Positions 37,185 through 48,954 of a stretch of 64,000 bases of DNA are shown piece after piece. Each line of letters opens with the position of its first letter. Within the stretch, counting starts at the first letter, position 1. A program made the position numbers and the translations under genes. This stretch comes from Convolutriloba macropyga. Taxonomy: Eukaryota. The stretch is taken from the NCBI RefSeq assembly GCF_964194025.1, contig NC_134476.1, positions 13,268,001 through 13,332,000 of the forward strand. Reading direction: 5' to 3'. Under the pieces are notes generated by a model. The model worked only from the letters and a program-made list of their open reading frames with translations. It did no database searches and was not told the origin of the DNA.

Positions 37185-40100
37185 ATATCTGATTTACATA
37201 TAAACCGAACGGTTTTTTGTTTTTAAGTTTCGTTGAGTTACCTGCCAATTGATAGTTGAGAGTACTGATATGAGAATGCGCATTACCAATACAACTTGAA
37301 TGGTTTAAAATGATACTCGATTTTTTGCACGGTTTCAATTTAAAATCAATAATTGTGTCACATTTTTTTAAATTAATTTTTTCCCTTTTGTGATTTTCCT
37401 TTGTGATTGAAAAGAGTTCCGAATTGCACTCACAAGAAATGTAAAATATTAAAAGGAAAATTTAGCTAGTACGCTACCTATCTGAGAACTTTTCTTTGCT
37501 GTTTATATTGATTTCTAAATGAATTGGCGCAGAATGATCAAAAAATTCTGATCAATTGAAAAAAAAATGACAAGAAATTTTACGCAGCAAATTGAGACTA
37601 AAGCCTTCAGGATTCGTACTTTCAGCTCGAATTTGAGCTTCCTAAAATATTTGTTCAACTCGATCATGTCTCTATCGTTTTAAACAGTCAGTTGCTTTAT
37701 GAATTCAACAACCTCTTGATTGCATTGACAGATTTCACGAGACGCTCATAATGCTGATTGCACAAAACTGGCAATCTTGTGTGTGTGTGTGTGGGTCCTC
37801 TCTATAAGTATTTTGTCCTTTTATCCGAAAATTGGAGATATTAATTTCTTGTTGATTATGCGCCAACTCATTTCAGATTTTTTAAAAAAAGCACAGAAAT
37901 GTTCATAAAAATGCTGAAAAATATTCAGTTTACTATATAAAACTGCCCGGGTCAAGGTTTTTGGGTAAATTTTTGTAAGAAATGCGGTGATTGCGGTGAA
38001 TGCAGTGAAAATAAATATTTCACCGCATTTCACCGCATTTCTTACAAAATTTCACCGCAAAATTCACCGCATTTCTTACAAAGAATTCATCACATCGACT
38101 TTTGTGGCAAATTAATGCAAGAAACGCGGTGAAAGCGGTAAATGTGGTAAAAAGTATAATTCACCACATTTCACCGCATTTCTTACAAAAATTCACCGCA
38201 TATAATTTCCAAAGTTTAATCAAGCTGATTGAAAATCACAAGAAATTTATAAGATGATAGTGACAGTTGGCGCAATAACAAGCAATTTTGTGTCGCAAAC
38301 GACCCTAATCAACTTTTAAAAACTTCAATCTAAGACTAATCAAACAAAGAAACTCAAAAAAATCACGAGCACATAAAAAATTGCAACATTTTGAGCCCAA
38401 AAACTCCAAAAAATGACCTTTTAACCTTAAATTAAGGCCATCCCAGCATCCGCACCACTATTAGCACTTGAAAGACAACTAAAGCCCACTTTGGGCCTCT
38501 AATGAAACTTACTGCCCGCTGGGCGTTACCTGTTTATCCCGTTTTGAACGATTAAATTCAGTGAAAAATGTGTGAACACATCTTAAAAAAAAACACAGCG
38601 CACCAATACAATTCATTTTTTTTGAATTGTAAAAAAAACATAACAGGACAAGTCCAGACATACAATTCAAAGAATTTTCATTGACTAAACAGAAAAACTA
38701 GACCTAGAATGGACTATGAGTGATTTGAGAAAACCAATTCAAAAAATGCCGCGTGTGAACAAAAAAACCACTAGCGAGAAATGAAAACTTAATTCAAACA
38801 AAAAACTAGGCATAGAATGAGCTGTTAATGGATTGGGAAAACTATTTAGAAATAAATCCGATCCAAAAAATCGAAAAAAGAGTAAAAATCAGAGTGAAAT
38901 TGCCGCATGTGAACAAAAAGCCACTACCGAGAAACCGAACTTTTGTTCAAACACCATTTTCGCACTCTACTTTAAAATTCACGCCGCAAAACCACCCGCT
39001 TTTTCGTTCCGTTTCCTGTTTCGGCGTGACCAAAATCACTACTCCAATTTGACTTCAAAAATCATGAAAATGTGTGAACAGATTTTTTGAAAAAAGACAG
39101 CGCCCCAATACAATTCAAATTTTTTGAATTCTAAAAAAAGACCAAGAGAAAGCCAATAATAGCCCCAGCTATCGCTGTGCGGCTATTAAAAAAGACCGAC
39201 AAGACTAATATAATTGCTACAAACTTCGTTTGAGAGCAATTATATATCTGATTTACTTATAAACCGAACAGTTTTTTGTTTTTAAGTTTCGTTGAGTTAC
39301 CTGCCAATTGATAGTTGAGAGTACTGATATGAGAATGCGCATTACCAATACAACTTGAATTGTTTAAAATGATACTCGATTTTTTGCACGGTTTCAATTT
39401 AAAATCAATAATTGTGTCACATTTTTTTATATTATTTTTTTCCCTTTTGTGATTTTCCTTTGTGATTGAAAAGAGTTCCGAATTGCACTCACGAGAAATG
39501 TAAAATATTAAAAGGAAAATTTAGCTAGTACGCTACCTATCTGAGAACTTTTCTTTGCTGTTTATATTGATTTCTAAATGAATTGGCGTAGAATGATCAA
39601 AAAATTCTGATCCATTGAAAAAAAAATGACAAGAAATTTTACGCAGCAAATTGAGACTAAAGCCTTCAGGATTCGTACTTTCAGCTCGAATTTGAGCTTC
39701 CTAAAATATTTGTTCAACTCGATCATGTCTCTATCGTTTTAAACAGTCAGTTGCTTTATGAATTCAACAACCTCTTGATTGCATTGACAGATTTCACGAG
39801 ACGCTCATAATGCTGATTGCACAAAACTGGCAATCTTGTGTGTGTGTGTGTGGGTCCTCTCTATAAGCATTTTGTCCTTTTATCCGAAAAATGGAGATAT
39901 TAATTTCTTGTTGATTATGCGCCAACTCAGTTCAGATTTTTTAAAAAAAGCACAGAAATGTTCATAAAAATGCTGAAAAATATTCAGTTTTCTATATAAA
40001 ACTGCCCGGGTCAAGGTTTTTTGGGTAAATTTTTGTAAGAAATGCGGTGATTGCGGTGAATGCAGTGAAAATAAATATTTCACCGCATTTCACCGCATTT

Positions 40101-40335
40101 CTTACAAAAATTCACCGCAAAATTCACCGCATTTTCTTACAAAGAATTCATCACATCGACTTTTGTGGCAAATTAATGCAAGAAACGCGGTGAAAGCGGT
40201 GAATGTGGTAAAAAATATAATTCACCACATTTCACCGCATTTCTTACAAAAATTCATCGCATATAATTTCCAAAGTTTAATCAATCTGATTTAAAATCAC
40301 AAGAAATTTATAAGATGATAGTGACAGTTGGCGCA
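36219..40335. repeat. Near-identical tandem duplication, unit ~2.06 kb
   Basis: ATAACAAGCAATTTTGTGTCGC at 36219 and 38275; colinear with few substitutions. Confidence 0.92.
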
Positions 40336-40550
40336 GTGGACTAACAAGTTGACGTCATTCCGGAGGTCAGATGTTCGCACCCGTGTGTTGACGATTCCTT
40401 TTTGTAAGCATACTGAGAACGTGGTGAAAATAAATAATTCACCGCGATTCACCGCATTCACCGCAAAAAGATGTAAGAAATACGCGGTGAAAATTATTTT
40501 TTTTTCCACCGCATTTCTTACGAAAATTCACCGCAAAACCTCGACCCGGG
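40005..40550. mobile_element. CCCGGGTCGA-family MITE (truncated duplicate at 37946-38274)
   Basis: Same TIRs and repeats as 5494-6138 in the opposite orientation; TG flanks. Confidence 0.8.
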
Positions 40551-40739
40551 TGTGTTTAAACGTTCCCCTTTTTGTGCAACGAATGAATTTACTTTAAAAA
40601 AATAAAGACAATTTTACGAGCGCTGAAAACGCAAAAAAAATTCAATAAATGAGTTTTATCTAGAAGAAGAGATTCGCTTGCGATTGAAAACTAAACAATA
40701 AAGGAATGAAGGAATGGTAACGGGCATAGTATAACTGAC

Positions 40740-40839
40740 CTGATTGGAAGAGATGTTTTTTGTACCAGTCGGCGTCTCGTTTGATTCCTTCCTCAGAACC
40801 GGAGCTCCCGCTGTAGCTTCCATCTGAATCGCCGTCCAT
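40740..40839 (-). CDS. Candidate first coding exon of an unidentified gene (MDGDSDGSYSGSSGSEEGIKRDADWYKKHLFQS)
   Basis: GC-richer island, ATG at 40839, 33 open codons, strong donor CAG|GTCAGT. No family recognised. Confidence 0.4.
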
Positions 40840-42460
40840 TAGTTACACGTTCCAAAATTACACTCACGATTTTTCAGACCCAAACTAAGATAACTAAGAT
40901 CGCAATTAAAGCTAAGCCCCTTTTTAGTTTTTTCCCTTCCTAACAGACCAATTTTCAGGGTTGAGTTCTTTTGACGTAAGATGATTCTACAGTGTTTTCA
41001 CTGACTTAAAGAAAACAAATCAATTTGCAGCTTCAGGTGACAAAAGTACTTATGCTAATTTCTTCGATGTTTGTTGTTGAAGGCGTTGTCAATGAAAATA
41101 GATGTGCAAACGTTTAAAATTTCGCTTTCGATTAACTCTTTTTGAAATTTTACAAAAGTCATATTTTGTTTAAAAAACAACTTGCGTTGTTATCTCAAGT
41201 TTTTCAAGTTCAATTTGCCCTGAAGAGAGAAACTTTGAATGTCGAGAACTGAAAATAATTGAGTTGAAAGAACTGCACAGAAGTGAACATGAATGTGATT
41301 TTTTGCATATTTAGATCAAGCTGGCGTGAAATGTATAGGATGGCATGCATCAGTTTGAACGCGTTAGCGAGTGAAAAAGTCTGATTTAAAGTTGAACCAA
41401 ATTCAAACAATATAATGACATTGAGCGGCAAAATTTCATCTGTAAAAAATGAACGGCGAAATTAGGTCAGCACCTGCCAAGTTTTCAAAGTATTTGAAGC
41501 TATTTTTGTCGCAGAGTTTCGCAGTACTTTTAAAAAAACATTAATCTGTCGTGACAAGCTTTTTTTGTTTGCTGTTGAAGTTGCTCACCGTTCTCCAAGT
41601 TGACATGTGAAATATGTGAAAGTTAAAGGGATTGTTGGTATCAAAAAGTTTTTCAAAAACAAACAAACTTTTGCAGCTCATAACAAGGGAGTTACTATTG
41701 AATAAACAAAAAACAGCTTTTTAGAGTCTTGCAATATGAACACCAAAGAGTATTCAAGAAAAATATATCAACTTTAATTTTTGAAGTAAAAAAACTTGGG
41801 AATTAAGTTTACCAATTTATGCGAATCAGGAAAAAATTTTGAGAGCACCAATAGTGCTTTTGGTAAGATTCAAAGTCTTCAAAATCAAGAAATGTTGTTT
41901 ATATATTGCAAAAACTGAATTATAAAAAATCACATGTTGTAAATAAATTAATTCTGCAATAGGAATAACAATAAAACGCTTAATAAAATCAGTAACAATA
42001 CAGCGCAAAGCTGGAAAGGAAATAATTTTGGCCGGTGTTGCCCTCTGTGAATTCGCATGCGTTCAGTGTCATAAGAGTAGCTTTTCAGTGTAACCAAATT
42101 CTGAAAAGTTCCTGAAAGCGCCATTTGTTGATATAAAGAAACTGTTGTAATCAAACTAGCAAATAAAACAATATAAAACTGTCAGAAAAAGTTTCAGGTA
42201 AAAAAGTTTATTTAAATTGTGAAATGTGAGAAAACATTCAGCGGAAAAAGGTGAAAAGTTAAAATAGCAACTTTGTGTTACAACTGTACGAATAAAAAAA
42301 GCTTAAATATTTATTTAATATCAAAGCTTAACCTATTAAAAACGGGTGCAAAAATCATTTGAAATCCAAATTGACGTACAATTGAGGGCAGCGTAAAATT
42401 CAAAAAATGAAAAAAAAATGTTTGAGCATTCTATTGCAGAGTGCAGACTTTTATATACTC

Positions 42461-42660
42461 NNNNNNNNNNNNNNNNNNNNNNNNNNNNNNNNNNNNNNNN
42501 NNNNNNNNNNNNNNNNNNNNNNNNNNNNNNNNNNNNNNNNNNNNNNNNNNNNNNNNNNNNNNNNNNNNNNNNNNNNNNNNNNNNNNNNNNNNNNNNNNNN
42601 NNNNNNNNNNNNNNNNNNNNNNNNNNNNNNNNNNNNNNNNNNNNNNNNNNNNNNNNNNNN
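42461..42660. other. Assembly gap (200 N)
   Basis: Run of n. Confidence 1.
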
Positions 42661-44255
42661 GAAAAGAATTTGGATGGACTTATCAAAAGAATTAGCCTCG
42701 ACTTTTTTGCGGTCCTCGACCGTGTATTTCAGTTCAAAATTTATCCCCACCTTGAATTCAGTTCTAGACCAGGGTTGACCTGGAATCCAGGTCAACTCCC
42801 ACCGTCAACTCCAGTTTGGCAATTTCTCCACTTTCAATTGTTAAACACTTCCGAAACTTTGGAAAGAGATTCATTGGGCTTACATCTGTAAGAATACCTT
42901 CAAAACTTTCCACTTGAATGTTGGAGCATTATATTAATTACGTCACAACGTGCAGTAATCTGGATATACTCATAATGATCTCTTAACATTGTTTTATTAT
43001 GATATACTTCATGCTCAAGAATTTTCAACTTACATATACAGCAAAACAAAACTTTTTTTAATAAAACCTTGAATACCAGAAAAGGTCAAATATTATTTAC
43101 ATGAATGTTCAACAACTAACCCACACCTAAAGTAATTCGTTGTCTGCAATTTTAAAAACTTTGATTGGTTTTATGTATTTTCATGGAATTGCACTTTTTG
43201 TTTTGTTAATTTTTCTATTCTTTAATATTTCTGATTTAGGTCAACGTAGGTTGGATTTTATAGTGCACTAATCGTGTGCGTATTTGGCGCCAATATTACT
43301 GGAAGCGATGGTTAATCTTTCTTCAAATAAATTGTTTTTTCTTTTCCTTTTTTTTCGGTTTGTTTATTTTTGCTTCTACTGGCCGGGTAGTTATTGCGCT
43401 GAGGGCAGATTTGTGAAATGAAACTTCGGAATCTAGAAAAATTCCTTTCAGTATTATACTGTCTTCACCAAAACTGAACATAGTTCTCCAGGAAAAAAAA
43501 ATCCATCACTGAACTGCTACTTTTGCAATTCGCTCAGTGGAGTTCGCAGTCAAAACTCAACCCGATACCTTTTCTAACCGATAATTCACATCAAATGATG
43601 CTCCTGGAATTGTTTGCTGAAATTAAATGCGATTTTATTCATTACTGACTTCTGTGCTGTTAAACACGATTACTGTTCGTTTTTGACAAAGGGATGTCAA
43701 CTGAAATTTCGGTTAATTTCACGAAAAATAGCAAATTATCATAGCCAATTGAAACTCTGATATAACTTAAGCACAAAATTGTTGCTTGAAGCCAATATCC
43801 TAAATGGTAGCTATAATATTCGAACGTTTAATGTGAAATTCATTGTTAGAGTTCTATAACTGTTCAAAGAATTCAACGAATTTCTCGAATTTTGTTTATA
43901 GAACAACCCTATTGTTAAACATCAGTTTAGGTTCCCACCGATTATCAAATGAATTGAACTCGCTTAATTACAGAATTCATAAAGCATTATGTTCTAATCG
44001 TTCAGAATAGCAAGTTAAACAACACATGTTTAAGACTTTAAACTTTACAAGTCATTTTTTTCAATTCTTAAACGTTGGTATCTTTTGTGCGAAGTAACAA
44101 GAATTATATAGACAAACAGAACACGCTTTTTATCTCGCACCTGTTTAAAGTCTTTTATATTGCAGGCGTATATTTTTACGTACACGACAAAATCATCACA
44201 AAGACGCTAAACTCTTAACTTTATATTGTTATAATTCTCGAAAAAAATTATTAAA

Positions 44256-45998
44256 ATGTTTGCCAATTTCAACTCGTGGATAAAAACTGACATTACGTCG
44301 ACAGGAGACAAATTTTTGTCCCAACTATTCGATTCGGTAGCGAAACGAGAAAACAAGCTCGTGAAGGATTACATAATCAATTACATAACTGAGCATCCCG
44401 AATGGAAATTTGAGGACTTCGCGATTGGCCAGCGAGGTTTATTACATCATGCGAGTGGATCAGGAAATCTTGCTGTCGTGAAATACTTGACGAATGAGCT
44501 CAATTTTCCGACGGATCAGTTAGCAGAATTTGAGAGTGCTAAAGGAACTAAACTTAAGAACGTATCGGCACTATATACTGCGGCAGCAAATGGAAATTTG
44601 AGCGTTGTCGCTCACTTATTGCAGAAAAACGCTGATGTAAACCAAGTTTCGGCTAATAAAGAAACAACCTTAGTTTCTGCTTGCAGCGCGGGTAACATCG
44701 ACATGGCTCAATTTCTTATTGAATCTGGCGCGAACTTGGAAATTTCCAAAACGGGAAATGTTTCGCCTTTGATGGTTGCTTGCCAAAACGAGAACTTAGA
44801 AGTTGCGCAACTTCTGATCGAATATGGAGCCGAATTGAGTCACGATGACATAAACGGTTACTCGGCGGCGTTCTATTGCGCAACGAATCAGTCGGATTGC
44901 GTAATGGATTATCTTTTGCAGAAGGATCCGACACTTTTGGGGCAGAAAAGCAAGTTTGGCGAAAATTTAGTCGCCTATACAGCTCTAAACGGCTCATCTG
45001 CTATAGTCGATTTCATAATGGGCAAATTTGTAAACACTGAAAATGAAAACAAATTCATTTCCGACGCAGATAAAATTGAATTTCTTGAATTATTGGCATG
45101 CTCGAAATTTCTCAGAAAAACTTTTTCGAAAGAGGGAGTTAAACTGCTAAAACAAGCACACGATTTACGCGCTCAAGCCGGTTGCGCGAAAAATTCGGAA
45201 AACTTTCCGTTCGAAAATGAAACCGTTTCCGAGTTTGAGGGTTTTGAAAGTTTCGAAAAGGCGGTCGAAAACCTCGACTTCGATTTCGTTCATATTCAAA
45301 CATTCCTGATCATGAAGCGAATTCTGGGCTTAAATCATAGCATGACTTTGACCAGTGTTCGAAACTATCTGAAAAATGTAACTGAAGCTAAAAAGTTTCA
45401 GTCATTTTATGATTTTGCGATTAATAATTCGGTTGTGAACAATGAAAACTGTTCACAAATTCGTGATTTAATTGAAGATCACGCCAATTTTTGCGGAACG
45501 CAAAAAGCATTTACTGCAAATGACGTCATCTTATCTTTGCATAAATCTCGAGATTTGTTGGCTTATTTCTCGGAAAACCAGGAAAATGATTACGGTTCGT
45601 CGACAATAACCAGTGAAGAAAAACAAGCATTTTTAGCGTCAATTTGCCGGTTTATTTTGGCCTTTCTAACAAATGAAAGCACCCAAGATTCCGACAGATC
45701 TGAATTAAGTTCTACGCTGGAAGAAATTGCTAAAATTTCCGAAAGCTCGGATGAAATGAATTTTGCGTTGCTTCGCTTGATTTTGGACCCCTCGACTTAC
45801 AAAATGAAGCTCGGCAAACGAATGGCCGACTATCCGAACCAGGATGCTATCGAAATTATAGCCAACGCATCGAAAGTTGTCGAAACCGACACAAAAAGGA
45901 CAGTACTCGACGGGTTTAAGCAAAATTTTGAACGCCTATGTACTTCAAAACAACGGAATGCAATCTACGAAGTATTGGGCAACAATATCGAGGAATGA
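44256..45998 (+). CDS. Fem-1-like ankyrin repeat protein (single exon, 580 aa)
   Basis: About 6 N-terminal ankyrin repeats (LHHASGSGNLAVVKYL, ALYTAAANGNLSVVAHLL, PLMVACQNENLEVAQLL), then Fem-1-type blocks IEFLELLA, KRILGLNH and YPN. AAAATG start context. Confidence 0.8.
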   Translation: MFANFNSWIKTDITSTGDKFLSQLFDSVAKRENKLVKDYIINYITEHPEWKFEDFAIGQRGLLHHASGSGNLAVVKYLTNELNFPTDQLAEFESAKGTKLKNVSALYTAAANGNLSVVAHLLQKNADVNQVSANKETTLVSACSAGNIDMAQFLIESGANLEISKTGNVSPLMVACQNENLEVAQLLIEYGAELSHDDINGYSAAFYCATNQSDCVMDYLLQKDPTLLGQKSKFGENLVAYTALNGSSAIVDFIMGKFVNTENENKFISDADKIEFLELLACSKFLRKTFSKEGVKLLKQAHDLRAQAGCAKNSENFPFENETVSEFEGFESFEKAVENLDFDFVHIQTFLIMKRILGLNHSMTLTSVRNYLKNVTEAKKFQSFYDFAINNSVVNNENCSQIRDLIEDHANFCGTQKAFTANDVILSLHKSRDLLAYFSENQENDYGSSTITSEEKQAFLASICRFILAFLTNESTQDSDRSELSSTLEEIAKISESSDEMNFALLRLILDPSTYKMKLGKRMADYPNQDAIEIIANASKVVETDTKRTVLDGFKQNFERLCTSKQRNAIYEVLGNNIEE

Positions 45999-47658
45999 GT
46001 TGAACGTCGAAGCAACAACCTCAAATGACGATGAACTAACAATTACTCTATTTTTTCTTATTACTCAGCCAAAAATAAAATATCCACTTAATTTCTTTGA
46101 GTTTTGTGACTGGATTACTAAAAAATATAATGTAAATTTCGTCCATCAGAGTCAAAATATTAAAACTGTAACTGAGAGTTCTGAACTTTATAATTTCGCT
46201 CAATTTATAAAATTTTTGTTGGGAAGTTATTTAAATTAATGTATGTAGCAGAGTTTTTTTGCAGGTAGAGAGAACCAGTCAGCTCGTTTTCCCAACAACT
46301 GTTCGCAAATTATATTTTCGCTAGGTAGCAAGACATCGTGCAACTACGAAAAAACTGACTCTTCGTCAAATGTTCATAGTTAAACTTGAAGAACAGGCAT
46401 GATCTGAAACTCAATTACTTCTCATTACAAAATAATGAAAAATAGAATTTCAATTCTAAATTGTAAATTTTGGCTGTATTTGAGAGTCTTTCTAAGTACC
46501 AGCGTGATATTCATTCCTTGAACCAATTTAGAACTGTAAATAGAAACAATTTTAGCTTAACGGCAGAAATTGTTAAGAGTACTTCAGTGAAAAATCCAGG
46601 TAGAAGTTTCCCAATTTTTCGTAAGTAAATCCCTAGATTTCAGCCAGAAAGTTTTTCTTAAGGAAAACAATTGTTTAGTCCAATTCTTATTAATATGAGA
46701 GAACATGTCACATATTTAGACACCCTTTTTCTTTGAAGAATTGATAGATTCGTGTCAAAGGAAATCAGCGCCTAATCAATCTGGAGGCATTCTGTTTTTT
46801 GGGATGGCCAGTACTCTGTTCAGGTCAATTTACTCCGGCCAGCATTGATTTTTGAGTAAAATTTACTGCATAAAAATGAATGTGTTCGGCTAAACTCTTG
46901 CCAACAAGGATTGCTTTAAATGCGATTTCATCTTCCACTAGGTAACTTTTAACTTGTAACATCTGATTTGCGTATTAATTCATAAGCACTGAGCTGGATG
47001 GGCTTTGTGGTAATTGCCTACAAATCACCATACGTATAAGTAGTGTGTATACTACTATAGTACTTGCCAGTAATAAGCTACCAAAACGTCAAATGTCATT
47101 CTTCTGCTCAGAATTTGTGCTGGGGTATGTGTATGTTTCCAAATATACAGGATAAGTTAAGCCTGAGTGGATTCCATCACATCAATTTGATCATAATGAA
47201 TAAAAACTACACATAAGGAACCTTAAAATTTTCTGAAGAAGCAATGTTTCAGAACGGAATTAAATTTTTACCAATGAAAAGAGCTGATTCAGCCCGGAAA
47301 TGCTCTTCTAAGTTTGGAGGTCAATTTCGTATAACTTCAGCAGTTCTCCGTCGTTTTAAGCAATTATTTGCATTTTTAAATGAGAAGTTTATAGCTTAAA
47401 TTGCACATATTATTAACTTATGCTCAACTTACTGAGCTTTTCTAAATCTCGCACGTAATTACTCTAATTTTTGTTCTAAAAGTTAAACCAGTTCAATGTC
47501 TATCGATTTTCAGTCATCTCCTGCCTGGCAAGCACACCTTAGTTTTGGCTCTGACAAAAACTATTTACAAAGAAAATTTAATTATCTTAAGTTTGTTTCG
47601 AGCATGACTTCTACAAATGTATTCTCTATAAAACGTTCTTATCATCAGTAACTGGAAT

Positions 47659-48954
47659 TCAGTTTGCTAGGGTTGAAAAACACATGAAATTTGGGTATTC
47701 GGGCATGATCAAATCAACTTTGTGTGTTCTGTAGGGTTCGAAAGCCGATTTTGCTCTTAGCCGACAATTGTTCCGACCTCGAATTGCTTCAGGAAACTTT
47801 TTCGGCTTATCAATGTCATCTGAATTTTCCTCTAATGTATTCGACCAATCGAAAGTCGCCCCAGGACTCCATTTCAAAGGCGATGTTGTTTCACGTGATT
47901 TCTGCCCCTGTTTTGGTTCTTGTTCACAAGTTTTGGGTATGAACGGTGATTCAAATTTGGGCCAATCGCTTTCCATCAACTGTTGATTTCGAGGCTTGCC
48001 AAAGAGATGTCGGTCAACATACGAGGACGCAACGCTTCGGTATAAAGACCTCTTACACCCGGATACGACTGTCGCTTTCGGTTTTCCGAGAGTTCCTGGG
48101 TTTGTTTCTCTCAACTCGTACGACTTGAGCGTTCGTGCGCTTTGGGCTTTTCTATCAGTTAAAACTTGTGAAGATAGAGGCGAGATGTCAACTCTTTTGT
48201 GAGGTGAGGGTCGGATTGTTGAACTGTGAGTTTTTGAGAGGTCAAGAGCGAAGGATTCGCTCAAAGGCCATGACCTTTGTCGTTCAGAAACCGTGCTCAA
48301 AGTTTTCCAGTTCTTCTGAAGTTCGAGAAGGAAATAATTATCGTCGTCTACAGCTAAACTAATTCCAGCATAATACGCTAAAAACTCCTCCATCGAAATT
48401 TTTCCATCTTTATTTCCGTTTTCAGATTCGAAATCTGAAACAAAATTATCAATACATTCTTCCTTTGACATTTGACCGGAAACAAACTTTTCATTTCGGG
48501 AAAAATCAAGCTTTTTCATTAGGTCTGATTTGTCAACAAAATCCGATTTGTCGTAATCGATTTTAGAGAATAATTTTTCGACCTCGTTTCGGCGTTTTTC
48601 GGGTAAAAATTGGGCTATTATTTTATCGTTGAATTCTTTGATCGAAATTGCTCCGCTCGAATCCGTATCTAGCTCTTTGAATAGCAAATTGATTTCGCGT
48701 TTTGATAGCTTGTCCAAATATAAAGATTGAATTCCAGAAACAAATTCCTTTTCGTCAATCTTGTTATCGCCGGACTTATCCAATTTTTTGAATAGAGAGG
48801 CAAGGTTTTTAAATCCATGTGCCCCGTATTTAGCCAAGCAAAGCCACTGAAATTTTTCAACTATTGACAGAGATTCGGGATTTTTGTGCAATTGTACCAT
48901 TTGGTTGCGAATTTTCTGATCCAATGTCTTCATTTTTCGAGAAGTAAGAGCCAT
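47659..48954 (-). CDS. Calcyphosin-like EF-hand protein with a RITA1-like C-terminal region (single exon, 431 aa)
   Basis: CLAKYGAHGFKNLASLFKKLDKSGDNKIDEKEF, further EF hands (DTDSSGAISIKEF, DYDKSDFVDKSDL, DGKISMEEF) and YYAGISLAVDDDNYF...W are typical of CAPS/CAPSL. The tail has YR....SYVD..LFG.P. Confidence 0.88.
   Translation of the reverse strand: MALTSRKMKTLDQKIRNQMVQLHKNPESLSIVEKFQWLCLAKYGAHGFKNLASLFKKLDKSGDNKIDEKEFVSGIQSLYLDKLSKREINLLFKELDTDSSGAISIKEFNDKIIAQFLPEKRRNEVEKLFSKIDYDKSDFVDKSDLMKKLDFSRNEKFVSGQMSKEECIDNFVSDFESENGNKDGKISMEEFLAYYAGISLAVDDDNYFLLELQKNWKTLSTVSERQRSWPLSESFALDLSKTHSSTIRPSPHKRVDISPLSSQVLTDRKAQSARTLKSYELRETNPGTLGKPKATVVSGCKRSLYRSVASSYVDRHLFGKPRNQQLMESDWPKFESPFIPKTCEQEPKQGQKSRETTSPLKWSPGATFDWSNTLEENSDDIDKPKKFPEAIRGRNNCRLRAKSAFEPYRTHKVDLIMPEYPNFMCFSTLAN

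Noticed and set aside
37560-37780. Coding-like hydrophobic minus-strand stretch (duplicated near 39.6-39.8 kb)
   Set aside because: Multiple stops and no identifiable family.
42336-42891. Five long ORFs containing X runs
   Set aside because: Artefacts of the 200-N assembly gap.
44716-48362. Short antisense or alternate-frame ORFs over the ankyrin and EF-hand genes (likewise over the NOS exons)
   Set aside because: Shadow ORFs of real coding sequence.
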